This document shows positions 12,922-26,053 of a stretch of 64,000 nt of DNA, piece by piece. Position numbers and translations under genes: made by a program. The notes under the pieces are model-generated. The model was not told the DNA's origin, searched no databases, and saw only the letters and a program-made list of their open reading frames with translations. How positions within the stretch are numbered: position 1 is the first letter of the stretch; every line of letters begins with the position of its first letter. Origin of the DNA: Azolla caroliniana (lineage: Eukaryota; Plantae; Polypodiophyta); contig JBHGNT010000003.1 of the NCBI GenBank assembly GCA_043228905.1, positions 6,572,001-6,636,000 on the forward strand. The letters are read 5' to 3'.

Positions 12922-15414
12922 GTAGGGAGCTATGCATGCGCTTTGATCTATGTCATGCAACCCAATTTTCAAAGAGATTTTGCCCATGGATTCATTTTTC
13001 TCCTGCTGTACTTTCTAAAAGAGTACATTTTTTCAGTGCCTTAACAGTGCGCAGCAATAATTTTTGTATTGCAAATGAGAGTTCTGTTCATGTTTAAGAA
13101 GGCATTTGATCTACTGAAGGGCTTACAGCAATTAGCATTACCAATTTTATCTTTTATTTTTCTAATGAGAAGTGATCATATGTTTTTCAACTTTACAAGA
13201 TTCAGTACAAAAAGCATTCACCACAAAGGTAGGCAGGCATGTGCATAGATAGCTCTTCCGTTAGGACAGTGGAATAATGTTGTTACGTAAGGTTCTCTTG
13301 CTTTCTATGGGATATTTGTATGTAAAGCCAACTGTTTTGTTGACATCAGTCCATATAATGCAGTTCTAGATTAACTTGTGGCCTCTGAAATGGATCTTAT
13401 GGTCTCTCATATGGAATTTATGACAACTTTTACAGACATAATGGCTGCCTCTATGGATTCCAGTCACCCATTATACAGATGTAGATTAATTTTACACAGC
13501 ATATATGCCCTCAACCATTTTGACAAATCTTTACAGGAATCAAGATCTAATTTGACAAATCAAGGCCATTGTCATGCAGCATTGAAGATGGATCCCTTGT
13601 CCAATGCTAAAAGGGCACCTTAGGCAATTTCACTAATTTACTTACAGTTATTTAAGTTTGTTGCTCTCAAAGATGAGACACCAGGTCTTGTAGGCAATTT
13701 TGGCCTCTTAGAAAATGTTAATATCTCTTTCTTTTTGTTCATAGTAAAATAGGGAAACGTAGGCCAACTTTTTTAAAGCCCGTCAAAGAATCTTATTGTA
13801 GGATAAGGTAGCAACACAAATATAACTGAAAATAAACTACAAAGAAACTTATCAACAATTCACTAAGGAGGAAGTCACCAATTGTACACAAGAGTAATAA
13901 AGCATATTGAAGTATAACTAGATAGATCCATTTAGAAATTTCTAGATAGTTAGAGCATTACCAATATTGTGATCTAGGACAATATGGCTCGAGTTGTATT
14001 GGAAGATAGAAAGAATATGGGTTTGATTTCAAGAACATCTTCTGCATATGACAAGGGATGGCTTCATACTATGAACTTGCTACACAGATTCTCATATATC
14101 CAATGGACGTAGACATGTCAATGGCTAAAGATGAGATTCTTCCTATGTGCTAGAGATTGAATCCATAAGTTATAAAGTTATATCAAAATTTCCATATCGA
14201 GTCAGGGATCCAAAACCACAACATTTCGATGAGGAGAGCCTCCGACACCATCCAATAACAACTTCTCTACTTTTTTTGGGAGGGGTTCGGTTCCTTCAAT
14301 CAAGTTTTGGATTATAGTCATAAGATATTCATTGGCTTTTTATCTACTATTTATTTGTTGACCTGAATAGAATATCACAATGAGACATCAATTTATCCAC
14401 ATATTAGATGGTTAACATTAGACAATGATTAACTAAACTATTCCCAAACAAGACTTTGTAGCAGTATAGAAGAAAAAGATGAAGATATAAAACGATGTAG
14501 ACAACTTATATACAGATAGAAGCATTAAGTATTAGCAAGGTAAAACTAGCAAGTACAATGGATCTCTCTCATGCATTGAAAAAACTCTCGAGTTTATAAA
14601 CACGCGAAGTAGGAAGGTTCACACTAATCAAGTTAGAATGACCTTCTCACTAGTATTCTCTATCTTCCATCAAAGGTCACAAACATTCGAGAGTCGTCTA
14701 CATTTACTCATGTTGGCACCTATATAGATTACTATGTAGGTTCCTCACAAGAATGTTTCCATGTTTTGGTCAAAACTTATAACCGTATTAATAAATGTGT
14801 GGGGAAAACACTATAATGGTACTAGAACTTATTGGTGTCATTGCTACAAAAGTTGTGGGACATTTTGAATTGAAAATAGGCAAGAGGAACGTTACATCGA
14901 GGAAATAATTTCAATGAGCTCCAATAAACTATAACCTCAAAACTATTGAGCAACCAAACATTGTATGAAATGATGAGTACTATTTTCCACTTGAATTGTG
15001 CAAAAGAAATTGCTTGTTGCTAGTCCACTTCTCTTTAGAGCAAATACCCAATCAATACTCTCCAAATGAAGAACTTTACTAGAAGTGACAAATTAGAATG
15101 CCAACTATGTTTCAAGATGTACTGCGGCCCATAATTAGAGTTAGATACCTTCCATTCTTGTTAAACCTTGATTAGTATGGGCCCAATTCAATTTCATAAC
15201 CTTGAAACCAAACCAAACCAAATTGTTGAAACATAAAGTCTTTTCCAACCATATATCCTTGCCATCCTAGATATTCCAAATATGGTCTCATCTCAATACA
15301 TAGACGAGACAATTACATGCAATGCGGATGCCAAGGCAAATTGATCCCAAATGGTCATCCTTGTCTCAGGATTCGTGTGTGAGGCTTGTACAAACATGAA
15401 AGGAATCATTTGCC

Positions 15415-15450
<36 letters not shown>

Positions 15451-15835
15451 GTTTTGGTTGAACACATAAATATATTGATCAGCATGTGTGAAAACACTAT
15501 AATGGCAGTACAATTGAGTGGTGTCACCGTTACTTGGGTAGTGGCACATATTGAATCGCCAATAGGCAAGACGAGCACTCCAACAAAGAAAATAATTTTA
15601 ATTTGTGACAATAACTAAACCACCACATCAATTTGCTTATCACGATGTCTACAATCAAATACAAAAGCATTTTGCACACCTTATGATACAATCCGTAATA
15701 TCTAAGAAAAGCATACTGCCACACCAAAACCCTTTGACCTCCCACTTCTTTTTGAGAGGCTTGGGTGGAAATGAAATTAGGCTTATTGCAAAGTCTACCA
15801 CGTTTTGTACACTACTAGAACTCTTTTAGTTTAAG

Positions 15836-16224
15836 TTCTATTTTTACTTTATTTTATTTTAATTCTAATGATTGGATAAATACCCATTTTGTTGTAAACC
15901 AACTGTCTCATGGGGCAATTTTGGCCTTAAGAAGACGTTAATATATCTTTCTTTCTTTCTTTCTATGTGTGTGTGTGTGAGAGAGAGAGAGAGATTATCA
16001 TATTGTTTTAATATAAACATACATTTACGAAAGAGAGAGAGAGAGAGAGAGAAAGAAGGAAGGAAATGTATATTAACGTCTTCTAAGAGAGAGAGAAAGA
16101 AAGAAGGAAGGAAATGTATATTAACGTCTTCTAAGACCAAAATTGGCCCATGAGACAAATGGTTTACAACAAAAAATGGGATATTTACCCATTCATCGAA
16201 AGTAAAAAATAAAAATAAAATAGA
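15836..16224. mobile_element. MITE/fold-back element with long imperfect terminal inverted repeats and an internal microsatellite
   Basis: 15874 ggataaatacccattttgttgtaaaccaactgtctcatggggcaattttggccttaagaagacgttaatata is the reverse complement of ...tatattaacgtcttctaagaccaaaattggcccatgagacaaatggtttacaacaaaaaatgggatatttaccc (ending 16190). The T-rich/A-rich flanks extend the symmetry. A related arm fragment lies near 13690-13735. No clear TSD. Confidence 0.75.
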
Positions 16225-16247
16225 GCACAACATCATAATATTTGGAT

Positions 16248-16319
16248 AGGTTCTATCGAGATTTGAACTCGAGCTCTTGGATTCAAAGTCCAATGTCCTA
16301 ACCACTAGACTATAGAACC
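16248..16319 (-). tRNA. trnQ-UUG: tRNA-Gln (anticodon TTG); gene or young pseudogene
   Basis: Minus strand GGTTCTATAGTCTAGTGGTTAGGACATTGGACTTTGAATCCAAGAGCTCGAGTTCAAATCTCGATAGAACCT, 72 nt. Acceptor GGTTCTA/TAGAACC, anticodon arm TTGGA-CTTTGAA-TCCAA, T arm TCGAG-TTCAAAT-CTCGA. A and B boxes intact; T-runs ~27 nt downstream. Confidence 0.88.
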
Positions 16320-16328
16320 ATCCACTAG

Positions 16329-16331
<3 letters not shown>

Positions 16332-16378
<47 letters not shown>
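16332..16378. repeat. (AG)n microsatellite
   Basis: Direct reading. Confidence 0.92.
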
Positions 16379-16382
<4 letters not shown>

Positions 16383-16383
16383 A

Positions 16384-16451
16384 AAATCAAAACATTGCCT
16401 ATTCCTGTACGTGTATCCACAAACATATAGGAATAGGCAATGTTTTGATTT
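16384..16451. repeat. Perfect 23-bp inverted repeat (hairpin)
   Basis: AAATCAAAACATTGCCTATTCCT (16384-16406) / AGGAATAGGCAATGTTTTGATTT (16429-16451). Confidence 0.9.
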
Positions 16452-18656
16452 CAGTCAAATCGAACCGCGAAACCTCGACTTAATGGCTTAACTACTTAAC
16501 CAATCCAATTAAGTTAAGTTGAGCTTTAGACATTTGTAAAAGCCTTAGTTAGAGGTTTTAGGGTTTGGTTTGAACTTTGTTCACTCTAATGGCTTAAAAA
16601 AGTAATGGTTTAACATCTTAATGAATTAACGGCTTGGAGGCATTGTTGAAATTTTTATTTAGTATAAGACTTAACTTCATAAACTATGTGACATGCAATA
16701 TTATTACAAAACTCTAAATTTAAACCCTAACAATTCTTTAGGTGTTAAGAAGAGTCTTTCTTGAAACGTCGAAAAATGAGTGTACGGACGCCAATGTTTC
16801 AATTACAGCCGAAACTATGGCTTTATGGTTTCTAGATATCAAGAAACTTTAGTACTAACAGGAAACCACAATGCCTATAACACCATCAACCATGGATTAT
16901 TATAATTTCACATGCCACTTGTTGTAAGCGTTAACATTGCAAATAGCAATAAACCCGGAGACCATTATATATATATATATATGTATGTATGTATATATAT
17001 CTTTTTTTTTCCAAAAAAGGATACCATTATATTACTAACTTTCTTGTTGGATGTCACATAATCTTTTTCTTTGGAAATATCGCTCAAAGTTTTTTCTATG
17101 TATCACAAAAGAGGAGAAATCCTAAAGAAACTTGAGTTAGTGGGAAAGGGCGGAATTCAACATTTTGAAATGTGTACGGTCAAAATTTTGAAGTTTCAAA
17201 CTACAAATGTTTCTAGATAGATGTGATAGTCATAATACATCGCCGATTCTTGTGATTGATTCTAACTTCGCGTTGGGGCAACCCTCGTGTATGAATGAAT
17301 CGTAATGGCTCACGCCACTTGGGCTATGACTTTATTTGTTGCGATACTTTATCTTTTAGGCTCCATAGGGTCTAAGTTAAAGTGAAAGCAACTTGTATAT
17401 GCATTACAAGCTCCTCATGGTTTGTTGTTTTTCTTGTCGAACCAATAGAGACATGCACAAAAAGGGGAGATATTCTCAATGTTGAAAGCATGTAGTTCCC
17501 TTACTACATGATCAACACACGACCATCCTTTGCACCTAATAATATTGCCCATTAATCTTACTTTATGCTTTGATGCTTTCTCCCACAATTGGCTTTATCT
17601 AGGAAAATACATGCAATATACATCAAGTCCTTGTATAATTCAATACTTTTTAGTCTTACGAATGTCTCAATGGGATCGTTTCAAACAAAGCACTAATCCG
17701 ACATGAATTGCCACACGAAGGGCGTACTAATAGTCTTTGTTAGCATGAAGTAGTTGAACCATTTTAGGCAAAGATAAACAACATGATAGGGATTTGGATT
17801 CGATTCATCCCAAGTAAGTGTGTGTTGACCATCAGTGTTCTAGCAAGTAGTGCAATTTTATGATGCATAAATAATACGCATACAAAAAAAAGAGGCATTC
17901 AATTGTCATGGAAATTGAACCTGATGGGGTTTGGACATGATGCATATGTGACCAAATGCAAACTTTTAGCACAATTGACTAGAAGTGAATACATCGATAA
18001 ATTTGATTGTATGGGAGATCGATAGGATGGGGCGGAGTTAGGGAACACGTTCTTTGTTACCCATTCCTAACTAATCTATTATTAGCTTAACAACAACTGA
18101 AAGTCGGTATCTACGTTCGTGCAATAACAACTCACTAGGTTCCTATGGTCGCAAGGTAAATTTAAGTGTCCTACATGAAAGACAAAGTTTTACTTGCGAA
18201 GCGGCCCGAGAGAGGTATACGAGCACGCATGTTAAAATCCAACTTCAGCACACAATATTCCTCATTTATATATCGGGGGGCTCGTTTGCCCATCAGACAC
18301 ATCGCGCTCGATGTAAAAGAGAACTATATCAGGAAATCGTTGTGTAAGGTTTTTTTCCATAATGGCAGGGTGTGTCTGTCGTGCGCATGTTACGGAACCG
18401 AAAAATGCGGACACCCACCGACACGAGTGCGAAATGGGCGCGTGTAGAGATAGGTTGATGCCGGACAAATGCAAAAAGAGATAAGATAGATAGTAGCGAG
18501 TATAGGGCAGGGGGGCGGAATGGGCAGTGCTAACGACCACCGAAAGAGCCCACAGAGCTTCGTGTGTGTGAAACCAGAGACCATTGCATGGCATGGCATG
18601 TGGGTGATGGTGATGGTGATGATGGGTGGTTTTCCTTTGAAGAGAAAAACGGTGGA

Positions 18657-19143
18657 TATATGTATTGTAATTTGTATGTATGTATGTGTTTGTGTGTGTA
18701 TGTATGTATTGTATGTATGTATGTGTGTATGTATTGTATGTATTGTATGTATTGTATGTATGTATGTATGTATGTATTGTATTGGAAAACGAATGCGAAT
18801 GTTATTCAAACATTCTTGAGTTTTTTTTTGTTTTTCTTTCCCATTTTTTTAATTTTATTTTCTATTTTTTAGGCTTATTTACCTCAAAATAAATAGTTAA
18901 TCCAAACGTATGGTATTTATCATTCGGTGAGGGTGATTTTCTTACGCGAATGCACGTATGATACGTATGGTTCATACTATGTATGTATCACGTATGTATA
19001 TATGTATGTATGTGTGTGTGTATGTATATGTATGTATGTATGTGTGTGTGTGTATGTATGTATGTATGTATGTGTGTGTGTGTATGTATATGTGTGTATG
19101 TATGTATGTATGTATGTATGTGTGTATGTATGTATGTATGTAT
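18657..19143. repeat. Compound (TATG)n/(TG)n microsatellite blocks (~18657-18782 and ~18979-19143) upstream of the AGP gene
   Basis: Direct reading; these blocks generate the spurious CMYV/HTYI ORFs. Confidence 0.9.
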
Positions 19144-19591
19144 TATATAAATCAGAGAAGAAATTAGGGTTTCGCAGAAGGAAGACAGAAGAGAAACAGA
19201 CAGACAGAGAGACAGACAGAGAAGCAAAGGAAGAAGAATCCTTCTTTCTTTCTCTGTCTCTGTCTCTTTTATTTTTAATTTTTTCTTTAAAGATTTTTCC
19301 CCTTACATTTCATTCATCTCTTGATAGAAAGAAAAGCCTGACAGATCTGGGTACAGAAAAAGAAGGAAGAGCGCCATAGCCCAAAAACCCTAATCAGAGT
19401 GAAAGAGAAGCAGCTTATTATCTAAGAGGTTCTCAGATTTGTTTGCTCTTTCTCTCTTTGTCTGTGGTGTTTTCTTCTTCTTCTTCTTCTTCTTCTTCTT
19501 CTTCTCCTGTTTTGTCTTGACTGCAGGTTTCTGCTTCATTCCCCATCTTCTTCTTCTTCTTCTTCTTCTTCTTCTCCTACAAGCAGAGACT

Positions 19592-20188
19592 ATGGCGGCT
19601 TCTCTTAGCTTTACCTCTCTCTGCTTCGTCTCGACCTTCTTCTTCTTCTTCTTCCATCTTCTTAATCTCCAAGCTTCTCTCGTCCACGCACAAGCACCCG
19701 CTCCTTCGCCAACAAGCGATGGTAATCTCTCTCTCTCTCTCTCTCTCTGTTTCTCCATTTCTGCAAATCTCTGTCTTGTTGATTCTTTCGTTCCTTTGTA
19801 GATCTCTTAACTCAAATTCATTATTCTTCCTCTTTTTTTCTCTTGTGTATTGGATGCATTGTTAACCCTAAATCCCTCCAATTCAAAATATTCCTGAAGC
19901 AATGACTGTCTTTCAAATTCTCAATATTCCAAACCCTAAGTATATACTCGTGAATTGACCTGTAACTCTTCAAGATCTGCGAACCGTGCCGCTATCAGAT
20001 CAGTATATATGTTCGTTCTGCATATCTTACTGTGTTCTAGCCCTAACCCTAAACGTTTTGTTTGTTGGTTTTTGTATTGTGCAGGTTCAGCCATTGATCT
20101 GGGAGTGGCTTATGCTCTCATGTTTGTGGCGCTCGCTGTCACTTATGTTATGCATCCTGTGGATGCTTTCCCTTTCAATCTCTTCTGA
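19592..20188 (+). CDS. AGP20: Arabinogalactan peptide, AGP16/20/22/41 family (DUF1070), most like AGP20. Exons 19592-19721 and 20085-20188; probable 5'UTR intron 19429-19526
   Basis: Spliced product MAASLSFTSLCFVSTFFFFFFHLLNLQASLVHAQAPAPSPTSDGSAIDLGVAYALMFVALAVTYVMHPVDAFPFNLF: signal peptide, APAPSPTSDG core and family-typical hydrophobic C-terminus. Phase-1 GT-AG intron in the SDG codon. Confidence 0.92.
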
Positions 20189-21404
20189 TTACAAAGGAAA
20201 ATCTTTTGGTTATCTGCATCTTCATATCTATCATCTTCTTCTTTTGTCTCCTTCCTGATCATAATTTTCAGAATCATCTTCATGTGGTTCTTCAATCTTC
20301 CACCTCCATTGTTTTCTTCACATCGACAGCCCATCAAATCCATCAGACCATGTAGCAGGAGTCCTGCATTCTTTCAATCGTTCATCTGCTTTAATGGCTT
20401 CCCGGAAGTTTTATCTGGGGCGATTCATGATAGTATTAGCCTGATTTCTGCGGCGAACTAATTGTAGTAGGTTTAATTCCTTTGCATTAATGTGCAGTTA
20501 GTTGGTTTAACCTTGGTCATCAATCCAAGTATGAGCCTGATCTGTGCTCACTAATCTTCTAGCATATAATCTCTAATTAGTCCTGTCATTTTAGTATATT
20601 GAAAACTGACAGAATCTTTGTTTTTAAACCACTGAAATTCCTCAATTCGTCCTTGTGTTGTTCACATTTCCTCCATTTGTTTCCTGTGTGTTGTCTAAAA
20701 GTCTGAATTATTGTTGTTAATCACTTAATCAAGCTCACCAATTGAAGAATTAGCGTCGCTCAAAAAGCAGCTTAACCCTTCATTATTGATTCTTGAAATT
20801 GAGTAACTTTGGTCACTTAATCCAATGATTATAGTAACCTCATTGAATAATGGATTAATTAGACTAATCACGGTTTCCAATGATTTTATGAGGTTCACCA
20901 ATTATCTCGAAGTTTATACTGAATGTGTTCCTGATTTGATTGTATTATATTGCATTGGTATATATGATTCCGTTCGTTTAGTTTGTATAATCGATCGATT
21001 CCCACAATTGACTGTGATTAGGTTGGTTTTAGTAAATATAGTCGATTGATTCCCAGGATTGACTGTGATTAGGTTGGTTTTAGTATATATAGTCCTTCAA
21101 GGAGATGACAGTCATGATCACATCCAATTACACTAATTCAAAACCCTAACTTAATTTGAGGCGAGAGAATCCTGAATCCTAATGCAAAGCCCTAACCATT
21201 GTGAATCTTACTGTTAAAAAGAGTCTGAACACGAGAAATGGTAACCAATATGAGTACACTGAGAATCCTGAACCTCATATAAAGCCCTAAACATTGGGAG
21301 GCTATAATGGGTTCAAAAATCCCTAAATCCCTATTCTTCTTCATGAATTCGGCCAAATGCAGAGCAGAGAATTCATACATTTTGATTGAACATATAACCC
21401 TCTG

Positions 21405-21870
21405 ATAGACACAGAAACCCTATTCCTTGCTACTCCATAAAACCTGGCCTTCACCAAACACAAACCCTATTCCTTGATACTCCATAAAGTCCTACCTTTA
21501 CCAAATACAAACCCTAATCTACTCCATAAAACCCTAGCTTCACCAAACTCAAAAACCCTATTCCATGTAACACCATAAAAACCCCACCTTCACCAAACAC
21601 AAAATCCTATTCCTTGCTACACCATAAAACCCTAACCTTCACCAAACACAAAAACACTATACCTTACTACACCATAAAACCCTAACCTTCACCAAACACA
21701 AAAACCCTATTCCTTTGCTACACCATAAGACCCCACCTACACTAAACATGAGGTTGCTAGAAACATAAACCCTACTTCTTTCTACACCATAAAACCCCAA
21801 ATCCTTTGGATATGAGGTTGCTAGACACAAAAACCCTATTTCTTGCTACATCATAAAACCCTAATTTCAC
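21405..21870. repeat. ~50-bp minisatellite (~9 units) rich in AAACCCTA motifs
   Basis: Unit approx. ACACAAAAACCCTATTCCTTGCTACACCATAAAACCCTAACCTTCACCAA at ~21408, 21459, 21506, 21547, 21597, 21647, 21696 and degenerating copies beyond. Confidence 0.85.
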
Positions 21871-24800
21871 TAGATATGATGTGGTTGGCTAGAACTCTTG
21901 GAAACTTGCACTATCTAAACCCACCTAACACACTACTGTACACTCGTAGAACACTTGGACTTTAGACCTGTGAGAGTCAAGTCTATCCCCAGTTGGAACC
22001 ACATGGGTAACCATGGAGATTTAAAACTATGTGAGAACCGAGTCTAGCCCTAGTTGGAACACCATGGAGAATTAAAATTACGGAAGTATGGATCGAGAGA
22101 TGACCATAGCGACAACATGAAACTTTTGCTCATGCTTCAATCTTATGTTAAGTGTTACCACTCTTTTAGCTATGCGTGTTGATTCTGATCTTACGATGCT
22201 TTTGGTTTTTATGAGATGTGTTGCACCTTGGCTTGCGAGTGAGCACAAGATGTTTGCATCAACGATAACCTTTAAGCTTTGCATGATGAATCCTTTGATA
22301 AACTTGTTATATATTGAAGCTTATGATGAAAACACAAGTTTATGGTAAATTTTAGGGAATCCATCAATGCCCATAGGATGCATGTAAGGTAAGTTGACCT
22401 ATAATTGGGACCGAATTCAAGTACGTTATAGTAAAAGACTAGTGGTTGGATACCTAGGGCCTCTATTTGTAAACCTTTGAAGAAGCCCTCACTATATATC
22501 CTTTTCGAAGTGTTGAGCAATGCGCTACAATGCAACCCCCAAAACTCATGTCTATTCTTTCCATCACCCCACCAGAAAATGATCAGGTTATCCTCATTAA
22601 TGGATGTATCATGTATGTATACACATGGACAATGGCGAGGGTTTAGTAGACATTTGAAATAAATAAAAAGTAAATGATGAGGGGTTACCCATGACGAAGT
22701 AATTTGAAAAGGTCTAAGGGAAACACATGTTTGAATCCAAGAATAAAGTAAATGATGAGGAGTTACCCACGATGAAATAATGATGTTGGATGGATCATGT
22801 GCCTTGAATAAGGAAATCAAGACTCCTTAGCGTTATTTGGTCTCGACTCTCAACTCTCAAGTTATGTAGCTGTGGACACCCAATCCAATAAAAAAACTAG
22901 AATCTTATAATTCAAAATGAAATTATTTCCTTCCTTTGACATGATGGGTTAGTGGTAAAGGTCTCACCTAGGTCCCATCATGAATATAGAGATTTGTGTC
23001 AAATCCCCCTGCTACTTGGTAATGGGCCATTCGAGGTGTGGTGTTTTGATTGTGATTAGGTTCCACTGTCCACATTGTACAACGAAATGATGCCCAAGTT
23101 GTTGCTTTCATGACTAATTCCTTGATGGCAGTTGTCCTCCCCTAGTGGGCATTTTGGTGTTCATTAGATTTGTGGAGATTTGGTAAGATGGGGGACCTCC
23201 AAATCAACATGTATTAGGTTTAAGCCGAGAGGATAAACATAGTCATGTCTCATCTTACCTCAAAGAAAGCTTCATGTGAGTACTTCAAGGAATGACTAAG
23301 ATGTGAGCCAACTTCCGACCATATGCTTTTTGCGACTCATATTTGTACATTGTGATATAATATTTATTGCATGATTAAGGTATTGCACAATTACTGCACA
23401 CACATTGAGGAACATGCCGTTAGAATTGTGGGGGAGATTATAAGATCCAATAGACGTGTTGCACATAACATATCTCATTCACTTAAGTTTCCCTTGATCT
23501 TCTATCGACATTAAATGTTCTCATTTGGAGTTTTGCCTTGAATTTTTGTAATGTCTAATGAATGTTTCAATGTTCTTGTTAGTCATTTGATGCCTATAGC
23601 CTATTCGACAACAATCAATCCAGTACAAGGGCTACAAAGACTATCCATGATCTCTCTCATATTTGGTCACAAATGAACAACATTTGAAGACACGCTTCCT
23701 TTGCTTTTGCAAAAAGACAGGACCGTCAAAAAAAAGTTTCAATCTTTGAGCAACAAAAATGATTTGAAATGACAAAGTTTTATAAAGTAAAAGTGAAACT
23801 TCCTTGAAAACAAATAATAGAAAAATAAGTTACAAATGTTGCGGATTGTTATTGGATGATTGAGATGCCAGGCCAAAACACAAACAAGAGAAGCAACATA
23901 CTATTACACAAAAAGCAAAGATGATGAAAATGAGGATGCAAGTGCAGCTATTAAATCAAATGGGTTTTTCATTCATCGTCTTTTCATGTTTGTGTGTTTC
24001 CTATTTCGGTCAAGTCATTACATGTCAGTTGATTGCAATAATATTTGACTTGTCCATAATTGTAAATTTGTCTTTGCCCTAAATAGGAGGAAGTGATGGA
24101 GTAAATAAAGTGCTATCCTCCTTAGTTATGGATGGATAGCTTCTGAATTTTGAAATTTCTAGACTTTTTAACTTTGGTCAGATTCAAACATGTGTATGTG
24201 AATACCGAGATGACTACATTTGATTCTCAATATTTGCAAAGCACCATCTCCCTACTATCTTCTATATTTATATTTATATTTATTGAAAACCTGATATCTT
24301 TGTTACGAAGTCATGATCAAAATAAAAAAGCGAAATCTTCAACATTGGCATGTGCAAATATACATGATGAGAAAGTTCATTTTGAATTTTCTCTTTGTAT
24401 GTGATGATGGTTTAGAATGAGAATTTGAATTCGTTTCCCCAACTTTTGGGGAGAAAGTTTTCTCGGTTAACTTTTTGGAGGAAGAACGATTCTCTAAGAG
24501 GAGTTTCTTCTTTTTGCGATTGAAGGCAATAAGTAAATAGTTGGAGGCAATTGAAGTTGGCAAGTTACTGCATCAATCTTAATGGCTTATCGTGAAGGTG
24601 TAATGCCAATGGAGATAGTCTTGAAAAAAAAAGTGTACCTCAATAATGTTTGCTTGATTCACATAGGGCGCAAGTATGTATTGTTTCATTTAGTAAACTA
24701 GGAAGGATATGTCTCATAATATCCAAATATCAAACACATGCTCATAAAAAGTGATTATTCTAAACAATTTCCACTTGCCATGCCAAATCTACAATTATAG

Positions 24801-26053
24801 TGTCTTTAATGATCATGCTCCTAGGTAGAAGAACTTAGTCAAAGGGGTAGTATCTTTATTTCTCTTGGGTCATACCAACGAAGGCAACTTGTTGAGAATA
24901 TTGAAGCATCATGTATGAACAATATTTCTTTATGATTGCCCTATTATTATATGAAGTGGTAATATCTTTATTGAGATAGAATGTTTTGGAAATTGGAGCG
25001 TATGCGATCAAATGTTCTATTTGTTGAAGATTAATGGATGTTTTGTTGTTGACAAATTCCGTAATGATAACTTTGTTGAGTGAATAGAGGTAGGACGTGA
25101 AACTTTAGGCTTTCCTTGGGTTGCGCCTATGGAGGTTGTTTGGTAAGAAATCATCGAAGAATCATGTGCAAACTGCCCTACTGCTATATGTGTCCATCTA
25201 CACATGTGTTTCTATGTACATATTCTAATGTGCGTCTTCTTTACCCATTGTTGCCAAATGTGTGTATCATCCCTTATTGTTACACCTAACTAATGAGCAG
25301 ACTTATGAAGGGATAGGTTCACCTAATAATTCTTGATTTGAGATATTATGTGCCAAATATTATGAATTGAGCCCAAAGAGGAGACTACTCATTAATGAAA
25401 TATATCAACAAATGCTTTCCTTACCGCTTCTCATTATGCTCATATCATAACAACTCTGGTTTCTCTCGCTTTCTTCATTCAGTTGGATTTGATCGATAAG
25501 GTTATCTATCACTTAGTAATTAGCATAAAACTAACAAAACTAATAAAAAAAACAAACATAAAGAGAGTGAAATTTGTAGAAGAGATAAAGCATTTGGGTA
25601 AATCACCACCTATATTCCATGTTCGGAGTAGTTCTTTTATATTCATAAACTATGTGGAGTATCAAAATTTTGACAATACCATTGATTAAATCTAGCCATT
25701 TTGTATGGATTTATTTATGATTAACGCACTTAAGTACGGTAATTAAAGGACTTACAATACATAGAGAAAAGCATTGTTATACACATGAATGTCTTTCATA
25801 CTTTCACGCAATTGTCCCTGCTTCAGTTGAAGTTCATATGGCACGTTGTCAGATAACATGTGTTGTTCCTTTGTCTCTTTTTCCATAATTTATTTGGTCA
25901 CTAGTTGATCAGCTAGTGTTGGTTTACGAAGACCTCTTTAAATCAATTATATGATTTGATTTGGTTTAAGGAATGGTATCTGTAGGAGCATTGATACCTT
26001 CTCAATGGAAGTGTCAAGATTCGAACTCTTGACATGACCAAGTTATAATCGAG

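Noticed and set aside
14300-15800. Two diverged similar segments (~14795-14935 and ~15484-15620), possibly old LINE remnants
   Set aside because: The similarity is visible but no diagnostic protein motif could be read
18390-19379. ORFs rich in CMYV / HTYI
   Set aside because: Translations of (TATG)n/(TG)n microsatellites
21405-21870. Interstitial telomere
   Set aside because: No tandem (TTTAGGG)n run; the motifs are embedded in a longer unit
22941-23011. Possible tRNA/SINE head (TGGGTTAGTGG ... GTCAAATCCC)
   Set aside because: Boxes are degenerate, with no cloverleaf and no TSD or tail identified; too weak to call
24300-25300. Possible Copia integrase remnant on the minus strand
   Set aside because: Too decayed to support with a clear motif
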